A model generated the notes under the pieces. It did not search any database and was not told where the DNA came from. It saw only the letters and a list, made by a program, of their open reading frames with translations. Position numbers and translations under genes: made by a program. A stretch of DNA of 63,229 nt, taken from positions 1 to 63,229 of IMG/VR virus record IMGVR_UViG_3300046004_000392. One strand, written 5' to 3'. The DNA comes from a virus (Duplodnaviria > Caudoviricetes). Positions within the stretch are counted from its first letter, which is position 1. Each line of letters starts with the position of its first letter. Below are positions 17,085 through 27,227 of this stretch, one piece after another.

Positions 17085-17720
17085 ATGAACTACACCCAAT
17101 TAGTTGCAGCTATTGAAAGTTACACCGAGAATCAGTTTGAAACGGCTGATATAAACACGTTTATACAAGAAGCAGAACAACGTGTATATAACTCAGTACA
17201 ATTGCCAGCTTTGCGTAAGAACGTGACTGGTAATCTAACTAGCGGTAACAAGTATTTAGCTTGCCCTTCTGATTGGTTAGCAACGTTTTCACTAGCTTTA
17301 ATTAATGGCAACAACGAGTTTTCATACTTACTGGATAAAGATGTTAACTTTATTCGAGCATCGTATCCTGATACTGATGCCGCGTTCTACGGAACCCCAG
17401 AGTATTATGCACAGTTTGATCAGAACACGTTTATATTAGGACCAACACCAGACGCAGGCTACAGTATGGAGTTGCACTACTTCTATTACCCACAGTCAAT
17501 CGTTACTGCAGGTACTAGTTGGTTAGGTGATAACTTTGATTCTGTACTGCTATATGGCGCATTATTAGAAGCTTACACTTACATGAAGGGTGAAGCTGAT
17601 GTTATGGCAGCGTATCAAAAGCGTTACGATGAGGCTATGGTCTTGTTGAAACAATTAGGTGATGGTAAAAATAGGCGCGATGCATATCGCAACGGGCAAG
17701 TAAGATACCCAGTAATGTAA
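17085..17720 (+). CDS. Putative tail adaptor / tubular protein A-like
   Basis: MNYTQL...FIQEAEQR...LLYGALLEAY pattern. Confidence 0.6.
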   Translation: MNYTQLVAAIESYTENQFETADINTFIQEAEQRVYNSVQLPALRKNVTGNLTSGNKYLACPSDWLATFSLALINGNNEFSYLLDKDVNFIRASYPDTDAAFYGTPEYYAQFDQNTFILGPTPDAGYSMELHYFYYPQSIVTAGTSWLGDNFDSVLLYGALLEAYTYMKGEADVMAAYQKRYDEAMVLLKQLGDGKNRRDAYRNGQVRYPVM

Positions 17721-17735
17721 TTTAGGAGAAACAAA

Positions 17736-18179
17736 ATGGCAATTTCACAAGCAATGTGCACGAGCTTTAAAGTTCAATTATTGAGCGGTGCACAAAATTT
17801 TAATACAGGTACAACAAAGGTTTATAAAATCGCGTTGTATACTTCAGCAGCATCATTAGGTGCAGGTACAGAAGATTATAGCAATAACACTGGCGACGAG
17901 GTACCTAACGGTGGCGGATACACTACTGGTGGTAATACACTTACAGTGTCACAAATTCCTACGGATGGCGGTTCCGGTACTACAGCGTTTATTGACTTTG
18001 CGGATACTACTTGGTCAGCAGCGACAATCACTGCTCGTGGGGCGTTGATTTATAACAGTACTGATGATACTTCAGTTGCGGTGTTAGACTTCGGTTCAGA
18101 TAAAACATCTACCGCTGGTGACTTTACAATCATATTCCCAACAGCAGACGCAACAGACGCAATTATCCGTATAGCCTAG
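17736..18179 (+). CDS. Putative tail/fibre-associated structural protein
   Basis: AGGAG SD; beta-rich; precedes fibre. Confidence 0.6.
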   Translation: MAISQAMCTSFKVQLLSGAQNFNTGTTKVYKIALYTSAASLGAGTEDYSNNTGDEVPNGGGYTTGGNTLTVSQIPTDGGSGTTAFIDFADTTWSAATITARGALIYNSTDDTSVAVLDFGSDKTSTAGDFTIIFPTADATDAIIRIA

Positions 18180-18193
18180 AATAGGAGTCTCAA

Positions 18194-21100
18194 ATGGCTC
18201 TAGTTCTTAAAGACCGGGTTAAGGAAACCTCAGTATCGACTGGTACTGGGGCGTTTGCACTTGCTGGTGCAGTAGGTCCATATCAAGCGTTTAGTATTAT
18301 TGGTAATGGCAATACAACCTACTACTGTATAGCAGGGCAAACCACTAATGAGTGGGAAGTGGGCATTGGTACATACAACTCTGGTACTGATTCCATATCT
18401 CGCGACACTATACTTGCCTCGTCTAACAGTAATACTATTGTTACATTCTCTGCTGGTACTAAAGACGTATTCATAACCTACCCGTCAGAACAAGCAGTCT
18501 ATCAAGAGATAGATGGTAGTCTTAAACTTATTGCGGGGGTTATTGAGGTTTCTTTAGATGGAACTAATGGTACTACACTAAATAATACCGCCTTCCAAGC
18601 ATTTACTACTACTAATGATTTCTTCCAAAACAATATCCAAAACCTAGATAATGGCTCAGATGCTTCAGCAGATTATGTAGCTACTAATGATGTTGGTGAC
18701 GATGCTAAGAACTATGTAGACTTAGGTATTAATAGTAGTGGGTTTACTTCAGTTTCATTTCCAATATATACCGCAAACTCAGCGTACCTATATAATCAAG
18801 GGGATGGGGTTACTCATGGGGACTTATTTGTAGGTACTGGAGACATTGGGGATGTAGTTATCCATGCCGGTGGTTTTACTACTGGGGATGTAGTAGCAAC
18901 TATTAAATCAGATACTAAGAACCTACTAATCGGTACAACTACTGACACAGGCGAGAAAGTGCAGATTGCTGGCAGTGCTATCATTACAGGTGCGGCTGAG
19001 TTTGGGGATACTGTTTTACTTTCTACTAACCCGACAACAGCCTTACAAGCCGCCACAAAACAATACGTAGATAACCAGGTCACTGCAGGTCTTCACATCC
19101 ACGCCCCTGTACGCGTTGAGACAACAGGTAATCTGACTGCTACATATGTGCAGGGTGGTACAACATTTAACATTACAGACATTACTTCGACTACTACGGT
19201 TACGACTTCTGTAAACCACGGTCTAGTAGTAAACGACCAAATCTGGCTAACTACCACAGCAGGTAACGGGTTATCTATCAACACTGCTTATTTTGTATTC
19301 TCAACCCCTGCATTAAATCAGTTGACACTATCGTTAACATTTGATGGTACACAGATTACAGGACTAACTAATGCCGCTGGTCTAACCTATGCTACAAGAG
19401 CAAATTCTGGTGTTGGTGCTACATTAACAAACGCAGGTACACAAGTTGCACTAACCGTTGATGGTATTGCATTAAGTGTGACCAACCGAGTAATGGTTCG
19501 TCTGCAAACAAACGGCGAAGAAAATGGTGTATACGTAGTAACTACGGTAGGTAGCGGCTCTACTAACTGGGTATTGACTCGTTCTGCCGATGCAGATAGG
19601 GTAATTCCTGGCGACCCAGATGGTTTAGGTACAGGCGACTACTTCTTTACACAAGAAGGTGCAATCAACGCTGGTGACTCACACGTACTGACCACCGAAC
19701 CCAACACAATGATTATTGGCTACACGACGTTAACATACACACAGTTCAGTGGCGCCGTAGCCTACACGGGCGGTACAAACATTGACATTACAGGTCAAAT
19801 AATAGCTCTTACCGGTACAGTTGCGGCTACTAATGGTGGTACAGGCACAAGCACTGTTACTACAGGCGACTTGCTTTACGGCTCTGCGACAAACACTTGG
19901 TCAAAACTACCGGTAGGCTCTGCGTATAGGACATTAAGTGTAAACGCTGCTGGCACACAAGTAGAGTGGAATGCCGTTGCACTTAACCAATCTAGTGCAG
20001 TATCTGGTACTTTAGGGGCAACGAATGGCGGTACTGGGACAAATAACTACGCTATTGGGGATACTTTATACTCTTCGGCTACAAATACACTAAGTAAATT
20101 AGCTGGTAATACTACAACTACTAAACAATACCTATCTCAAACGGGTACAGGCGCAGTGTCACAGGCTCCAAGCTGGGCTACTATTTCAGCGGCAGACATC
20201 GGTGCAGGTACACTCCCTGCAACTCGTGGTGGTACAGACAACAGCTCTTATGCAGTGGGCGACTTGCTCTATGCGGATACTACAACTTCACTAGCTAGAT
20301 TGGCTGACGTTGCTACGGGCAACGCCTTAATATCTGGGGGTCTATCTACCGCGCCGGCTTGGGGTAAAATTGGGCTAACTACGCATGTATCTGGTACGTT
20401 AGGGATTGCTAATGGTGGTACAAACTCAACAGCTACTGCTACCGCTGGAGGTATAAATTATGGTACAGGTACAGCGCATGCATTTACTGCCGCTGGAACA
20501 GCTGGACAAATACTAACTTCTGCAGGAGCTTCGCCACCTACTTGGCAAAACAATACACCAGCCTTTCCTTCTGGAACTAGGATGTCATTCCAGCAAACAA
20601 CAGCGCCAACCGGTTGGACTAAAGATACAACAGCTGCAATAGATAACAGTGCGTTGAGGTTTGTTACTGGAGCAGCTAGTTCCGGTGGTTCAGTAGCGTT
20701 TACTACAGCGTTTGCAAGTCAAGCCGTTACAGGTAGCGTAGCGGCAACGGCGGCGGCAACAGCAACTAACCAAGCAACAACCGCAGGCGGTTCTGTTGGG
20801 GCAACGGCGGCGGCAACAGCAACTAACCAAGCAACAACCGCAGGTGGAACAGTAGGCGTAACAGTAAGTGCAGGCACTTTAGCGGTTGGTGCAGGAACAT
20901 TTGCTGTTAGTGCAACCACACTAGCAACAACACAAATCCCTAGCCATACGCACTCGTACACTGCTCCACTTAACCAATCACTTTCTGGACGTATTTCTCT
21001 TAACGATAGGTACCCAGTTCAAACATCAACTACAGGTGCAACAGGTGGCGGCGGTTCACATACGCATAGTTTATCAGGCGCACCAAGTTTAAGTGGTTCA

Positions 21101-21301
21101 CCAAGCGTAACAGGCACATCCTTTACAGGCACAAGCCATAACCACACGCAAGACGCGCACAGCCACACTTCAGGCGCATTTACAGGAACAAGCCACAACC
21201 ATACGCAAGATGCCCACAGCCATACTTCAGGGGCATTTACAGGAACGGCGATTAATTTAGGGGTTAAATACTACGACTTTATAATAGCGAGCAAAGACTA
21301 A
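18194..21301 (+). CDS. Long tail fibre protein
   Basis: 1035 aa, T/G-rich; AATKQYVD, repeated L..xxGGTG units, collar-like PSGTRMSFQQTTAPTGW, HxH motifs at the tip. Confidence 0.85.
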   Translation: MALVLKDRVKETSVSTGTGAFALAGAVGPYQAFSIIGNGNTTYYCIAGQTTNEWEVGIGTYNSGTDSISRDTILASSNSNTIVTFSAGTKDVFITYPSEQAVYQEIDGSLKLIAGVIEVSLDGTNGTTLNNTAFQAFTTTNDFFQNNIQNLDNGSDASADYVATNDVGDDAKNYVDLGINSSGFTSVSFPIYTANSAYLYNQGDGVTHGDLFVGTGDIGDVVIHAGGFTTGDVVATIKSDTKNLLIGTTTDTGEKVQIAGSAIITGAAEFGDTVLLSTNPTTALQAATKQYVDNQVTAGLHIHAPVRVETTGNLTATYVQGGTTFNITDITSTTTVTTSVNHGLVVNDQIWLTTTAGNGLSINTAYFVFSTPALNQLTLSLTFDGTQITGLTNAAGLTYATRANSGVGATLTNAGTQVALTVDGIALSVTNRVMVRLQTNGEENGVYVVTTVGSGSTNWVLTRSADADRVIPGDPDGLGTGDYFFTQEGAINAGDSHVLTTEPNTMIIGYTTLTYTQFSGAVAYTGGTNIDITGQIIALTGTVAATNGGTGTSTVTTGDLLYGSATNTWSKLPVGSAYRTLSVNAAGTQVEWNAVALNQSSAVSGTLGATNGGTGTNNYAIGDTLYSSATNTLSKLAGNTTTTKQYLSQTGTGAVSQAPSWATISAADIGAGTLPATRGGTDNSSYAVGDLLYADTTTSLARLADVATGNALISGGLSTAPAWGKIGLTTHVSGTLGIANGGTNSTATATAGGINYGTGTAHAFTAAGTAGQILTSAGASPPTWQNNTPAFPSGTRMSFQQTTAPTGWTKDTTAAIDNSALRFVTGAASSGGSVAFTTAFASQAVTGSVAATAAATATNQATTAGGSVGATAAATATNQATTAGGTVGVTVSAGTLAVGAGTFAVSATTLATTQIPSHTHSYTAPLNQSLSGRISLNDRYPVQTSTTGATGGGGSHTHSLSGAPSLSGSPSVTGTSFTGTSHNHTQDAHSHTSGAFTGTSHNHTQDAHSHTSGAFTGTAINLGVKYYDFIIASKD

Positions 21302-21615
21302 TGGCAAAAGATGCAAAAATTATATGTCCAATGATGGGCGGAAAGCCTTGTGTAGAAGATGGGTCTATAGTCGACGGGGAGTTAGTAGCCTGTCGTTTTT
21401 GGGTTTCAGTTCAAGGAATGAATCCACAAACAGGCGAAATTACAAATAACAATGATTGTTCTTTTGCTTGGATTCCTATTTTAATGATTGAAAATAGTAA
21501 AGTTAATCGTGAAACGGGTGCGGCAGTTGAATCATTTAGAAATGAAATGGTTAAAAACAATGAAATAAATACTCAAGTTTTAATTTCAACGGCAAATAAA
21601 AATTTAATAGAATGA
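21301..21615 (+). CDS. Fibre-associated hypothetical protein (Cys-containing)
   Basis: Coupled to the fibre stop. Confidence 0.65.
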   Translation: MAKDAKIICPMMGGKPCVEDGSIVDGELVACRFWVSVQGMNPQTGEITNNNDCSFAWIPILMIENSKVNRETGAAVESFRNEMVKNNEINTQVLISTANKNLIE

Positions 21616-22145
21616 TATACGAATATCAAAATTATATTGACGATGAAACTATTGAATATATTAAACAACAAGTTTATCCAACAATTGATTACACAAAAAA
21701 GAAAGCATATAACCGAGAAGGGCAAACAGTTCCAATTAATGACAATGGAGAGCATCCGGAACTAGATTTAAAACTACTGGGTATATTTTCGAAAATACAA
21801 AACGAAATTGTGCAGGATTTATTTAATCCACAGTTTGAGTCAGGGGATAGCGGATACGAATTTCATAGATATAATCCCAATGAAGTTTGTGACAAGCATG
21901 CAGACGGGGAAGTAATATGCGGGTTATTAAGGTATGCCACTGTAATACTATTTTTAAATACCGTTAATGAGGGTGGGGAGTTAGTGTTTGATAGGCAGAA
22001 TAAAAAAATAAAACCAGAAAAAGGAAAGTTAGTCCTGTTTCCTCCGTACGGTATGTATGAACATTATACGTTACCTTCTCCTGAACCCAGGGAAATAGTA
22101 ATGACCTGGTTTGTTTATAACAATATAAATGTAATTCAAAGATAA
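21612..22145 (+). CDS. 2OG-Fe(II) oxygenase (prolyl-4-hydroxylase-like)
   Basis: HAD...LFLN...EGGEL.F...LVLFP...H...R signature. Confidence 0.85.
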   Translation: MIYEYQNYIDDETIEYIKQQVYPTIDYTKKKAYNREGQTVPINDNGEHPELDLKLLGIFSKIQNEIVQDLFNPQFESGDSGYEFHRYNPNEVCDKHADGEVICGLLRYATVILFLNTVNEGGELVFDRQNKKIKPEKGKLVLFPPYGMYEHYTLPSPEPREIVMTWFVYNNINVIQR

Positions 22146-22154
22146 GAGACAAAT

Positions 22155-22625
22155 ATGAAGTTGACTATTATAGTAGAAGATGGCGCAGTTTATAAAGATG
22201 GAATAAACTTTCTAGAATTAGTTTGGGAAGGGACGCCGCTTGACGTTCACGCATTGCAATGGCTAGACACAGCGGGTTGGATTGAATATAAAGCTAATGT
22301 TTCCAACGCCCCTATTACAGAACTTCCTGAATGGGCAAACAACGCTTTAGCTGCGTGGCAAGCTGCATATGACGCAGCTGTAAACCCACCACCTCCAGCT
22401 CCACCTAGTGCAGAAGCTAATCAAGCAACCGCTGCAAGTTTGTTACAACAGACAGACTGGACAACTATTGCTGATGTAGGTAATCCTCAAATGTCAAACC
22501 CTTACCTTGCAAACCAAGCTGAATTTATTACGTACCGTAATGCTGTTCGCCAATATGCAGTTTATCCAGTAGAGGGCGATATTGTATGGCCTGTTGTCCC
22601 GACTGAAAACTGGATAAAAGTTTAA
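22155..22625 (+). CDS. Putative tail fibre assembly chaperone
   Basis: LLQQTDW...YRNAVR...WP C-terminal domain. Confidence 0.65.
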   Translation: MKLTIIVEDGAVYKDGINFLELVWEGTPLDVHALQWLDTAGWIEYKANVSNAPITELPEWANNALAAWQAAYDAAVNPPPPAPPSAEANQATAASLLQQTDWTTIADVGNPQMSNPYLANQAEFITYRNAVRQYAVYPVEGDIVWPVVPTENWIKV

Positions 22626-22634
22626 GGGTAAGTA

Positions 22635-23798
22635 ATGTTTGGGTTTACCCCTTTTGCTGCCGCGCCTTTTGCTGACTTAGGAAGTTCAGTTCAGGACAAT
22701 ATAATTGTCTTCCCGTTAGGGGTTGAGGGTGTAGGGCAGGTAGGGGACGCTAGTGTTGAAGCTATTGCGAATGTTCCGGTAACTGCGGTAACTGCACAAG
22801 CTCTTTTAAACAGCATACTAGTCAATGCTACAGCTAATACCAACGTAACAGGGGTAGAAGCACAAGCTTTACTAAATAGTGTAACAACAAGTGCAGCTGC
22901 AAATGCTCCGGTAACAGGACTTGAAGCAACAGGGTATGTAGGCAGTGTAACTACAGCATCCGGGGCAAATGCATATCCTACTGGAGTATTCGCTACTGGT
23001 GAAGTTGGGGACGTAACGACATACGCCGCGGCTAATGCATACCCAGCAGGGGTTTTTGCTACGGGTGAGACAGGATTTGTTACATTCTCACTAGGGGCTA
23101 CGGTATTCCCTAACGGCGTCTATGGTACAGGTTATGTAAACAGTGTAGTAGTTAACGCGACTGGTAACATATATGTTACTGGGGTACAAGGCACTTGTAA
23201 TGTAAATAGTGTAACTGTAACGGCCGATGCTAATATATACCCAACCGGATTGCAGGCAACGGGTGAAGTAGGCGATGTAACCTTCTCGTTAGGAGCTACA
23301 GTATTTCCTACGGGTGTTTACGGTACGGGTTTTGTTGGCAATGTTACAGTTAATGCGGATAGTAATGTATTTGCTTCAGGTGTTCAAGGCACTACATTCC
23401 TAGGTTCTGTTTCGATAGCAGGTAAAGCTAACATCTACCCAACAGGTGTATATGGTACAGGACAATTAGGCACTGCGACTGTATATACGCAGACTAAAGT
23501 ATTTGCTACAGGGGTATTAGGTACTACGTTCTTAGGGACAGTATCAGTAACAGGTAAAGCTGCTATATACCCACTAGGTGTTGAAGGTATAGGGCGAGTA
23601 GGATTTGCGTTAGTTTGGGGACAAATTGATGATTCACAAACGCCAAATTGGGGTATAATCGACGACAGTCAGAGCAGCATTTGGACAGCAATTAACGACT
23701 CACAATCAGTAACGTGGGTAGCAATAGACGATAGTCAAAGTAGTAATTGGACTAATATTAACGACGCACAAACACCAAACTGGACAGGGATACCATAA
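22635..23798 (+). CDS. Repeat-rich structural protein (MFGFTPFAAAPFA...)
   Basis: ~21-aa P-T-G-V-x-G-T-G repeats; C-terminal WxxIDDSQ repeats. Confidence 0.7.
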   Translation: MFGFTPFAAAPFADLGSSVQDNIIVFPLGVEGVGQVGDASVEAIANVPVTAVTAQALLNSILVNATANTNVTGVEAQALLNSVTTSAAANAPVTGLEATGYVGSVTTASGANAYPTGVFATGEVGDVTTYAAANAYPAGVFATGETGFVTFSLGATVFPNGVYGTGYVNSVVVNATGNIYVTGVQGTCNVNSVTVTADANIYPTGLQATGEVGDVTFSLGATVFPTGVYGTGFVGNVTVNADSNVFASGVQGTTFLGSVSIAGKANIYPTGVYGTGQLGTATVYTQTKVFATGVLGTTFLGTVSVTGKAAIYPLGVEGIGRVGFALVWGQIDDSQTPNWGIIDDSQSSIWTAINDSQSVTWVAIDDSQSSNWTNINDAQTPNWTGIP

Positions 23799-23941
23799 TG
23801 ACAGACACTATACCTAAGCAAGAAGATGCAGTAAAATGTGATAGCAAAGAAACACAAGCAAACGAGGCTTCCCAAAAAGAAACGCAAAGCGTTTCAGTGA
23901 TGGTTACGGGTTTTTCCTTATTTGCCACTACATTAAAATAG
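23798..23941 (+). CDS. Small hypothetical protein (47 aa)
   Basis: TAATG-coupled ORF that fills the gap. Confidence 0.4.
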   Translation: MTDTIPKQEDAVKCDSKETQANEASQKETQSVSVMVTGFSLFATTLK

Positions 23942-23952
23942 AGGATTAAATT

Positions 23953-25269
23953 ATGGCAAGTACCTATTCACCACTCAAAATTGAGTTAATTACCACAGGC
24001 GAGCAGTCAGCTACGTGGGGTACAACTACGAATGTTAACTTAGGTACTGCTATAGAAGAGGCAATTGTTGGATCAGCAGATGTTACTTTTTCTAGTGCTA
24101 ACGTGACACTAACCCTAACGGATACCAACGGTACGCAAGCAGCGCGTAATTTAAGGCTCCGACTAATAGGCACGACTGGTGGCGCTAGAAACTTAATTGT
24201 GCCATCGATTGAAAAACAATACATTGTATTGAATGAATGCTCAGATGCAATTACAGTTAAAAACACTACAGGGACTGGAGTAGCAGTACCACCTAGTTTA
24301 TCGGCAGTATTGTATAACGATGGAACAAATGTAACATGTGCTAGCATTTATTCAACATCAGTAGTAACCCCATCGCTAGCAGCAACTGACGCAGTATTTC
24401 TTAATGCCTTACCGGTTTTATACGGCGGTACAGGCGTTACTACTTCTACTGGTACAGGCGCTGGAGTACATGCTAATAGCCCAGCGTTGACAACACCTAA
24501 CATAGGAACTCCATCAGCGGGTGTTTTAACAAGCTGTACTGGGCTTCCTTTAACTACAGGTGTTACAGGTACACTTCCTGTTGCTAATGGCGGAACAGGA
24601 TCCACTAGCGCCGCAACGGGGACAGGTGGAGTAGTATTAGCAAATAGCCCTACGCTAGTCACACCTGCATTAGGTACCCCCTCTGCATTAGTTGGTACAA
24701 ACATTACGGGTACTGCAGCAGGTCTTTCAATAGGCGGCAATCTTACTGGCGCATCGCCAACCGCGGCTACTCAAACTACTGGCACAAATAATACCACCGT
24801 AGCTACAACTGCTTTCGTACAAACGGCGCTGCAGCTCTTGTATCCAGTTGGCGCTATATACTCCTCCACTGCCGCAACGAATCCTGGTACATCATTCGGA
24901 TTTGGTACTTGGGTTGCATTCGGTGCTGGCCGTGTAATGATAGGTAATGGTGGTGGATACTCTGCTGGAGCCACAGGAGGTAGTGCGGACGCAGTTGTAG
25001 TAAGCCATACTCATACAGCGTCATCAGCTGTTACAGACCCAGGCCACGCACATAACGTCCAATTGAAATTTAATAACGGCGGCGGTGACGGATACAGTGT
25101 GGCATCAGGGGCGTTGACAGGTTCAAACTTAACACTTCTTACTCCAGGTACTAATACAGCGACTACAGGCATAACAGTTGCTACTACAATTACTTCAGCT
25201 GGGGTAAGCGGTACTAATGCAAACTTACAACCGTACGTTGTTGTATATATGTGGAACAGGACTGCTTAA
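23953..25269 (+). CDS. Second tail fibre/spike protein
   Basis: GGTG repeats; C-terminal YPVGAIY...HTH...HAH...NLQPYVVVYMW domain. Confidence 0.8.
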   Translation: MASTYSPLKIELITTGEQSATWGTTTNVNLGTAIEEAIVGSADVTFSSANVTLTLTDTNGTQAARNLRLRLIGTTGGARNLIVPSIEKQYIVLNECSDAITVKNTTGTGVAVPPSLSAVLYNDGTNVTCASIYSTSVVTPSLAATDAVFLNALPVLYGGTGVTTSTGTGAGVHANSPALTTPNIGTPSAGVLTSCTGLPLTTGVTGTLPVANGGTGSTSAATGTGGVVLANSPTLVTPALGTPSALVGTNITGTAAGLSIGGNLTGASPTAATQTTGTNNTTVATTAFVQTALQLLYPVGAIYSSTAATNPGTSFGFGTWVAFGAGRVMIGNGGGYSAGATGGSADAVVVSHTHTASSAVTDPGHAHNVQLKFNNGGGDGYSVASGALTGSNLTLLTPGTNTATTGITVATTITSAGVSGTNANLQPYVVVYMWNRTA

Positions 25270-25270
25270 A

Positions 25271-25753
25271 ATGCGGAATACCTTTTACTTTTTGTTAGGT
25301 CTTTTACTTGGCGGGCTATTATCAGCGGGAGTATCGTATGCGGATGAAACAACAATTAATTATAAAGGTCAACCTGTCCCCTCTGCTATGGCTCCTTCGA
25401 TGTCGGCTTTCAGTCAAGATGTTTGCGGCATTGGTGTCAGTGGTGCTGTTAACGGGGGCGTATTTTCTGTAGCAGGTGGCACGATGATTACCGACAACAA
25501 CTGCGTTCGCTTGCGTTGGGCTAAGTTCTTAAGTGACAGCGGCTTGAAAGTTGCGGCAGTATCTCTTGCTTGTGCAGCTACGCATGAAAACTGGGTTGCG
25601 ATGGAAATGTCGGGTTCGCCCTGCCCTATAGGGGGTGCTATTGGTGATGCAGCAAGGAAGGCGTGGTATGATTTACACCCAAAATGGTTTGAGGAAATTT
25701 ATGGTAAAGACTTCGTGCTTATCACTCCTCTGCCTGATTCTTCTAAGGAGTAA
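25271..25753 (+). CDS. Predicted exported Cys-containing protein
   Basis: Start MRNTFYFLLGLLLGGLLSAGVSYA has a signal-peptide shape with an SYA cleavage site. Confidence 0.7.
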   Translation: MRNTFYFLLGLLLGGLLSAGVSYADETTINYKGQPVPSAMAPSMSAFSQDVCGIGVSGAVNGGVFSVAGGTMITDNNCVRLRWAKFLSDSGLKVAAVSLACAATHENWVAMEMSGSPCPIGGAIGDAARKAWYDLHPKWFEEIYGKDFVLITPLPDSSKE

Positions 25754-26897
25754 TTATGTTTATGCATATTGTTACGCAACTCAGTGGGCGGATTACGGCC
25801 CTGTTTACTCAAGCCTTGGCGTCGCTCAAGGTACTACTATGCAAGCTTGTCAACAACTTGCGTGTCAATATTACCCGGGCATACCAGAATGTGCGCAACC
25901 TGCACCTCCTCAACCTCCTGCGTGCTCAGACAGGGTGGAAAACCAATCCCTTAGTTGTGAACCTAACAACAGCGGTGCAATCAATCAAAGCCGCACATAC
26001 GTATGCCAAAGCCAAACTTACACAGATTGGGCCACTACCTCTAACAATTGCACGCCAAACCCTCCAACGTGTCAGACAACTGTTGAAAGCCAAAGCTTAG
26101 TATGCCCACAAAACTTTTCAGGCTCAATACAGCAAACCAAAACAAACGCTTGCTCAGACCCGTATGGACAACCAACGGAAGGCGCGTGGACAACGGTGTC
26201 AAATTCATGTACACCCGACCCTGCAACATGTTCGGTATCAACGCAGGTTAGGACGTTAGCATGTCAGGAAGATTACATTGGAGCAGTAACGGAAAACAGG
26301 ATGTCGAGTTGTGCGACACCTTACAGCGAGCCTGTGTGGAGCAGCTGGATGGTAACTCAGGATACCTGCACCAAGAGTCCAACCAACGTAACGAACATGA
26401 GCAGTCCGTTGAATCCAGTCAGTCCGATAGCACCAGCGATGCAGGAAACGGTGCAGCAGCAACCAGAGACATCGGCAACAGAGATGTTAAGCACACCAGC
26501 TTCCCCTGCAAGCACTGCGGAGACCACATCGGAAACTCCAGCCTCGTCAGGAAGCACAAGTACACAGTCCACCCAACAATCGCCGACCACATCGAGCGGG
26601 ACTACGCCGAGTACATCGCAGCCACAAGTACCAAAGGGCAAAACACTAGTGCCGGGGTTTGGGATAGTACTGAGCCTAGAGATTTTAAACCGACCAATGC
26701 AGATTCAGGAGATTCAGTTGAACGACGCACTGGCATACCAGCAGGAGTTACCATATGAGCTTGGAAGAAATCAAGGAATCTTACTCGAACTACTCAGCGA
26801 AAACGCTATTAGTAGTGGTTTTTGGGATATTAGCACCGCTAGGTGGGACAGTCTACGTAGGTATAACGACCTACAACCGAGTTATAGCGGCGACTGA
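25701..26897 (+). CDS. Predicted exported protein with three Cys-rich repeats and an S/T/P linker
   Basis: Start MVKTSCLSLLCLILL after GAGG; repeats of the form LxC...G...C...W...C. Confidence 0.7.
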   Translation: MVKTSCLSLLCLILLRSNYVYAYCYATQWADYGPVYSSLGVAQGTTMQACQQLACQYYPGIPECAQPAPPQPPACSDRVENQSLSCEPNNSGAINQSRTYVCQSQTYTDWATTSNNCTPNPPTCQTTVESQSLVCPQNFSGSIQQTKTNACSDPYGQPTEGAWTTVSNSCTPDPATCSVSTQVRTLACQEDYIGAVTENRMSSCATPYSEPVWSSWMVTQDTCTKSPTNVTNMSSPLNPVSPIAPAMQETVQQQPETSATEMLSTPASPASTAETTSETPASSGSTSTQSTQQSPTTSSGTTPSTSQPQVPKGKTLVPGFGIVLSLEILNRPMQIQEIQLNDALAYQQELPYELGRNQGILLELLSENAISSGFWDISTARWDSLRRYNDLQPSYSGD

Positions 26898-27225
26898 ACT
26901 GATTGAGGCTAATAAGCCTTACGACGATACTGATCTAAAGGCAGAAGTCAACGCGCTAAAGGTACAACTAGCTGCACAGCAATCATCTGTAAACACAGTT
27001 AAAGACTCTATGGTTGTTACATCTAACCAGCTTGTATCAATGCAAGAGAAGGTATCAAACGCTATTGGCACTGCCAATGAAGCTAAAGCTATCACTAACG
27101 GTAACGTGCGTGAGACTGCAGCGTCTTTGATGGGCGTACGCGAAGAAATGAAAGCGACACGCGAAGGTATTGAATCACAACTTAAAGCACTAAAACGTGC
27201 TACCAGCAACCCACTAGGAAATTAA
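26755..27225 (+). CDS. Membrane-anchored coiled-coil protein (spanin-like topology)
   Basis: AGGAG SD; N-terminal TM then heptads; upstream of holin. Confidence 0.55.
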   Translation: MSLEEIKESYSNYSAKTLLVVVFGILAPLGGTVYVGITTYNRVIAATELIEANKPYDDTDLKAEVNALKVQLAAQQSSVNTVKDSMVVTSNQLVSMQEKVSNAIGTANEAKAITNGNVRETAASLMGVREEMKATREGIESQLKALKRATSNPLGN

Positions 27226-27227
27226 TT

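Noticed and set aside
20743-21301. Diversity-generating retroelement at the fibre tip
   Set aside because: No reverse transcriptase; repeats are in-frame tandem duplications, not an adenine-specific TR/VR pair
26261-26758. 165-aa alternative-frame ORF whose stop overlaps the next start (ATGA)
   Set aside because: No SD; the TGA arises automatically from ATG-AGC; lies inside an S/T/P-rich gene where open alternative frames are common
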